64,000 nucleotides of DNA from Candidatus Staskawiczbacteria bacterium (lineage in GTDB: Bacteria > Patescibacteriota > Minisyncoccia > Minisyncoccales > Staskawiczbacteraceae). Location: assembly GCA_903845295.1 (NCBI GenBank), contig CAIMWV010000027.1:8819-72818 (forward strand). The letters are read 5' to 3'. Below, one piece after another: positions 60,434 to 64,000 of this stretch (the first letter of the stretch is position 1; each line of letters opens with the position of its first letter). A program made the position numbers and the translations under genes. The notes beneath the pieces were generated by a model that was given only the letters and a program-made list of their open reading frames with translations, did no database searches and was not told where the DNA came from.

Positions 60434-61408
60434 TTATTTTTTTTTACTCAACTCGCCTAATTTTCTAAAGGCTCTTTTGCCAAAAGTCTTTTCTATTAAC
60501 CTAGCTAATGGCATTAAATTTCCAGACATTGCTGCCCGAGCAAAAACATCAAAAACTTCACTCCTTTGAGAAAACTTATCTTTATTTTCTTCATAAATAG
60601 CATCAATAGCCCCGTCTAGTCTCTCTCTTTCATCCGGATAGCTATAAAAGGCGACGTTTACTTTATCAACATTATCAGCTGCCTTCAATATGCATAATAT
60701 ATTTTCTGCTAATCGTGATCTATCCGGGTGTTTTTGTAAAAAGATCTTTTTCAATTCCTCTACACTTTTTACCGATCCGGCTAAGGCTGGTATATCTGCG
60801 AAATATCTTTTGCCAAATAATGCGGCTAATTCCTCCGTTACTGCTTCGTTTATGTCATGAAAATAGGCGCCAGATTTATTACGCGTTTCAACGTTCAAAC
60901 CGACTCGTCTTGATTTTAACATTAACTTTTCTTCCCCTTGGATTTTTTCATGTGACTGAAAAGCATTAAAATGAATAACTTCATGTGCAAGCTTTGACGC
61001 AAATAGTAAAATTTTATCATCAGGAAAAATATATATAAAATGTTGGGAATTGTAGTGTCCTGCTCCTCCCTCCACTTTTATTTTACCTTGAGATTCCTCG
61101 TCCAATTTATTTATATCCAAAATGCGAATATGGTTCTCTGAAATATTTATTGGAGAACCGCCGTATTGCTTTACAAATTCGGGCATTTTTTCCAATATCC
61201 CCAAGATAACTTCTTTCTCTTCGGGTGTTTTATCTCTTTCCAAATCTTCCACCTTAAATTTCCTTTCACCTATAAAAATTTCTTTTTCGGACATATCATT
61301 AAAAATTTCCTTGGCTCCTTTTAGTGCGCTCTGTTCTTCCTCGGGCGTAACACCAACTATTCTGGATACACCGCTCTCTCTTTTAAATTGTTCCTGTTTT
61401 TCTGGCAT
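60434..61408 (-). CDS. hypothetical protein with HExxH metallopeptidase-like motif
   Basis: LAHEVIHFNAF; otherwise unrecognised. Confidence 0.45.
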   Translation of the reverse strand: MPEKQEQFKRESGVSRIVGVTPEEEQSALKGAKEIFNDMSEKEIFIGERKFKVEDLERDKTPEEKEVILGILEKMPEFVKQYGGSPINISENHIRILDINKLDEESQGKIKVEGGAGHYNSQHFIYIFPDDKILLFASKLAHEVIHFNAFQSHEKIQGEEKLMLKSRRVGLNVETRNKSGAYFHDINEAVTEELAALFGKRYFADIPALAGSVKSVEELKKIFLQKHPDRSRLAENILCILKAADNVDKVNVAFYSYPDERERLDGAIDAIYEENKDKFSQRSEVFDVFARAAMSGNLMPLARLIEKTFGKRAFRKLGELSKKK

Positions 61409-61410
61409 AT

Positions 61411-63021
61411 TTACTCAGTCAACAAATTAATTAATTCTGCCGGAACCCGGCCCTCCAGTAAAACTGTGTCGCCTGATTTGCAAAACAGCGTAATCATCGA
61501 GTAAATATCCTGAGGATTGTCGCACAATAAAATATTTTTGCCATCCATTCCGGCTTCTACGGCTCCTTGTTTCAACTCCTTAAACCTGTCTTTGCTTGTT
61601 ACTATAGCCAAGTCACAAACTTCTCCGATCTTTCTGCCGATTTTTTCATGGATTTCCGCTGATTTTTTACCCAATTCAATCAAACAAGGCATGACAATAA
61701 CCTTTTTATTTAGAAAAATCGAAAAATAATCCAAATCAGCAAAAACTCCGTCGGAATTCGCGGAATAAGAGGAATCTATAATATCAATGCCGTGCTTTCC
61801 GTGTTTTAAGGTCATTCCGGCCTGTTCCTCTGAAATATCCTTACAGCCCTCGGAAATTTCTCCAAAACTCATGCCCAATTCTTTTGCTATCAAAATAGCT
61901 CCTAAAAGATTCTGCACATTTTGCTTGCCCAAAACCTTTGCATCAAAATGCATTAATTCCCCGGTTTTATCAATCGCCAAAAATGAAATCCGGTCCCTTT
62001 GAACAGTAATGCCGTCTGACCAGATATCTAAATCTATTATCTTATTGCTTAAACCGTATATTTTTTTATTCCCGTCAAATTTTTTATACAGATTCAAACA
62101 ATATTTATTATCGCCATTCACAATCAAAATTCCATCTTTCGGCAATGCTCTGGCCAGTTCCCCGCCTCCCTCTGCTGAAAGCAGATTTTTTAATGAACCG
62201 AAAAGCGCCATATGCTGTTCGTTTACGCCCGTCACAATGCCGATTTTCGGCTTTAACATGGAGCAGACTTCTTCCACTTTTCCCTTATTATACGCGCCGA
62301 CTTCAGCAACAAAAATCTGGTAGCTGGGCTTTAAATCCTGCAGGATGCACTTAGCAATGCCGATTTCAGAATTCTGGTGCTCTTTTGTCTTTAGAACCTT
62401 GTATTTTTTGGAAAGTATCGTTGATAAAAATTCCTTGGTCGATGTTTTGCCGTAGCTTCCGGTAATGGCAATAACTTTAAGCCCGCTGACTGACTTTATC
62501 TTTTCCATTTTATTTCCGGCTTCCCTTAATGTGTTATTTCTCTGCAAAACAAAAAATGGCTGGAATAAAAGTACAATTGCAGAAATAATTATCGGGGTCA
62601 GAATATCAAATACCAAAAGCAACACCGGCTGGTATAAATCTTTGAATTTAGATGCCTGGACTAAAAATAGAATAACTACTGCAAAAGAGACAGCGGTCAA
62701 AAATAGCGCCTTGAGGGTTTTTCGCGGCTTTTTTACTGATCTGTTGAAAATCCCCTTTAAGAATAAAATTGATTCTGCCAGGTAAACCAGGAATAAAATG
62801 GAAAACAAATAAACAAACATCGGGCTTGCTATCAGGAATAAAATCAGCAAAGCCATTTTGACAAGCTGGATTAAGTTTAAAAATATTTTTTTGCCTTTAT
62901 GAGTCCTGAAATGGTCAGCAAACCTGCCCAGATGGTAATCCTTCAACTGCCACAAATAAAGCCAGAACAGGACATATTTTATCTCCCAAATAAGCCAAAT
63001 CGTGTTTAATAAAATAAACAT
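61411..63021 (-). CDS. murF: UDP-MurNAc-tripeptide--D-Ala-D-Ala ligase fused to an N-terminal polytopic membrane domain
   Basis: About 165 aa with about 5 hydrophobic helices, then IAITGSYGKTSTKEFL P-loop and the Mur ligase body. Confidence 0.8.
   Translation of the reverse strand: MFILLNTIWLIWEIKYVLFWLYLWQLKDYHLGRFADHFRTHKGKKIFLNLIQLVKMALLILFLIASPMFVYLFSILFLVYLAESILFLKGIFNRSVKKPRKTLKALFLTAVSFAVVILFLVQASKFKDLYQPVLLLVFDILTPIIISAIVLLFQPFFVLQRNNTLREAGNKMEKIKSVSGLKVIAITGSYGKTSTKEFLSTILSKKYKVLKTKEHQNSEIGIAKCILQDLKPSYQIFVAEVGAYNKGKVEEVCSMLKPKIGIVTGVNEQHMALFGSLKNLLSAEGGGELARALPKDGILIVNGDNKYCLNLYKKFDGNKKIYGLSNKIIDLDIWSDGITVQRDRISFLAIDKTGELMHFDAKVLGKQNVQNLLGAILIAKELGMSFGEISEGCKDISEEQAGMTLKHGKHGIDIIDSSYSANSDGVFADLDYFSIFLNKKVIVMPCLIELGKKSAEIHEKIGRKIGEVCDLAIVTSKDRFKELKQGAVEAGMDGKNILLCDNPQDIYSMITLFCKSGDTVLLEGRVPAELINLLTE
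61516..61532 (-). repeat. intragenic copy of boundary motif (ATTGTCGCACAATAAAA)
   Basis: 17/17 identical to 43925-43941; encodes ILLCDN near the murF 3' end. Confidence 0.7.
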
Positions 63022-63022
63022 T

Positions 63023-63769
63023 TCAGATATTATTTAAAACTTTTTCTGCTAAAATTTCCGGCTGTTTTCTGTTCAAATCGTGGCCGGCGCCGGGAATTAC
63101 GATAATTTTTGATTTTTTAATCTGTTTTTCTATAAAATAGCCGTCCGCTATAGGAGTAAATTCGTCTTTATCTCCCCAAATAATAATCGTCGGGACTTTG
63201 ATGAACGGCAGATGGAAAGACAGATCCTCGGAAACAACATTTAAATAAGTCTGCTTCATAATCCCCTCCACATAAACATAATCTGATTTGCGGATTATAA
63301 ACTTGTAAATCGCTTTCCTGAAAAAACTGTAATACGGGATAAAATAAAAGATTTTGACAACCTTGGAAATTTTCCTGAAAAAACTCTTTTTTGCCGTTTT
63401 TTTCCTTATACAGGCCGCAGAAACCAAAAATAATTTTTTAATCTCCTGCGCATGTTTAACCGCTATCTTCGATGCTAAGGCTCCGCCGAAAGAATGGCCT
63501 AAAAGATAAAAATCCCCCAGATTCAATTCTTTCACAAAGCCTTCGGCCCAATTAATATATTTGTTTGTATCCCATGGAACTGAAAGAGGGTCTGACTTTC
63601 CAAACCCTGGCAAATCAGGAATAATAACCTTAAAACCTTTTTCCGAAATTTTTTCTGCCACAGCAACCCACCTGTCAGAATTAGACCCCCAGCCGTGCAA
63701 AATTAAAAAGGGCTTACCCTCACCAAAAACCTGGTAATTCGTCTTGATTCCGTTGATTTCAGTTTCCAA
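63023..63769 (-). CDS. alpha/beta hydrolase
   Basis: HGWGSN and nucleophile elbow LLGHSFGG. Confidence 0.75.
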   Translation of the reverse strand: METEINGIKTNYQVFGEGKPFLILHGWGSNSDRWVAVAEKISEKGFKVIIPDLPGFGKSDPLSVPWDTNKYINWAEGFVKELNLGDFYLLGHSFGGALASKIAVKHAQEIKKLFLVSAACIRKKTAKKSFFRKISKVVKIFYFIPYYSFFRKAIYKFIIRKSDYVYVEGIMKQTYLNVVSEDLSFHLPFIKVPTIIIWGDKDEFTPIADGYFIEKQIKKSKIIVIPGAGHDLNRKQPEILAEKVLNNI

Positions 63770-63776
63770 TTTTTGT

Positions 63777-64000
<224 letters not shown>

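Overview
AT-rich (about 30-38% GC judged from sampled lines) bacterial chromosome segment. Its gene content looks like a small-genome Patescibacteria/CPR-like organism (inference). It holds a dispersed peptidoglycan/division set (murC, mraY, murI, murD, ftsW, murG, murF, ftsQ-like, FemAB, PBP5-like, sortase), aminoacyl-tRNA synthetases (tyrS, aspS, gltX, a serS fragment), efp, rpmA, rplI, pyrG, uppS, prmC, a MacAB-like efflux operon and one tRNA-Ala(GGC). At least seven sharply bounded GC-rich (about 55-63%) ORF islands are superimposed: approx 1-4610, 5545-8945, 31432-33815, 41545-42180, 43941-45125, 46400-47225 and 53022-54400. They encode PurE/PurC/PurB-like enzymes, a CodA-like amidohydrolase, a DapA-family lyase, a YfiH/PgeF-like protein, an HD phosphohydrolase and secreted Ig-like proteins. 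Every GC-rich ORF has a strong Shine-Dalgarno, while the AT-rich resident genes checked have none. Most GC-rich ORFs also sit between AT-rich near-consensus promoters and hairpin terminators. The most striking feature is a 15-nt motif (TTATTGTGCGACAAA) that marks the boundaries of single-gene modules. The modules form two polar series converging on a tyrosine recombinase gene at 42.9-43.9 kb, which is also where gene orientation flips. This suggests an undescribed site-specific gene-capture array (integron/pdif-module-like in logic, different in detail). Other findings: a ~105-bp inverted-repeat element family with outward-facing promoters; duplicated but diverged ghost gene ends (mraY 3' end, two 5' ends, a LAGLIDADG tail) recording insertion/replacement events; a free-standing LAGLIDADG endonuclease gene; and a long inverted repeat occluding the murC start. 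No CRISPR array, rRNA gene or transposase was seen. All calls come from by-eye reading and motif recognition; no database search was possible.
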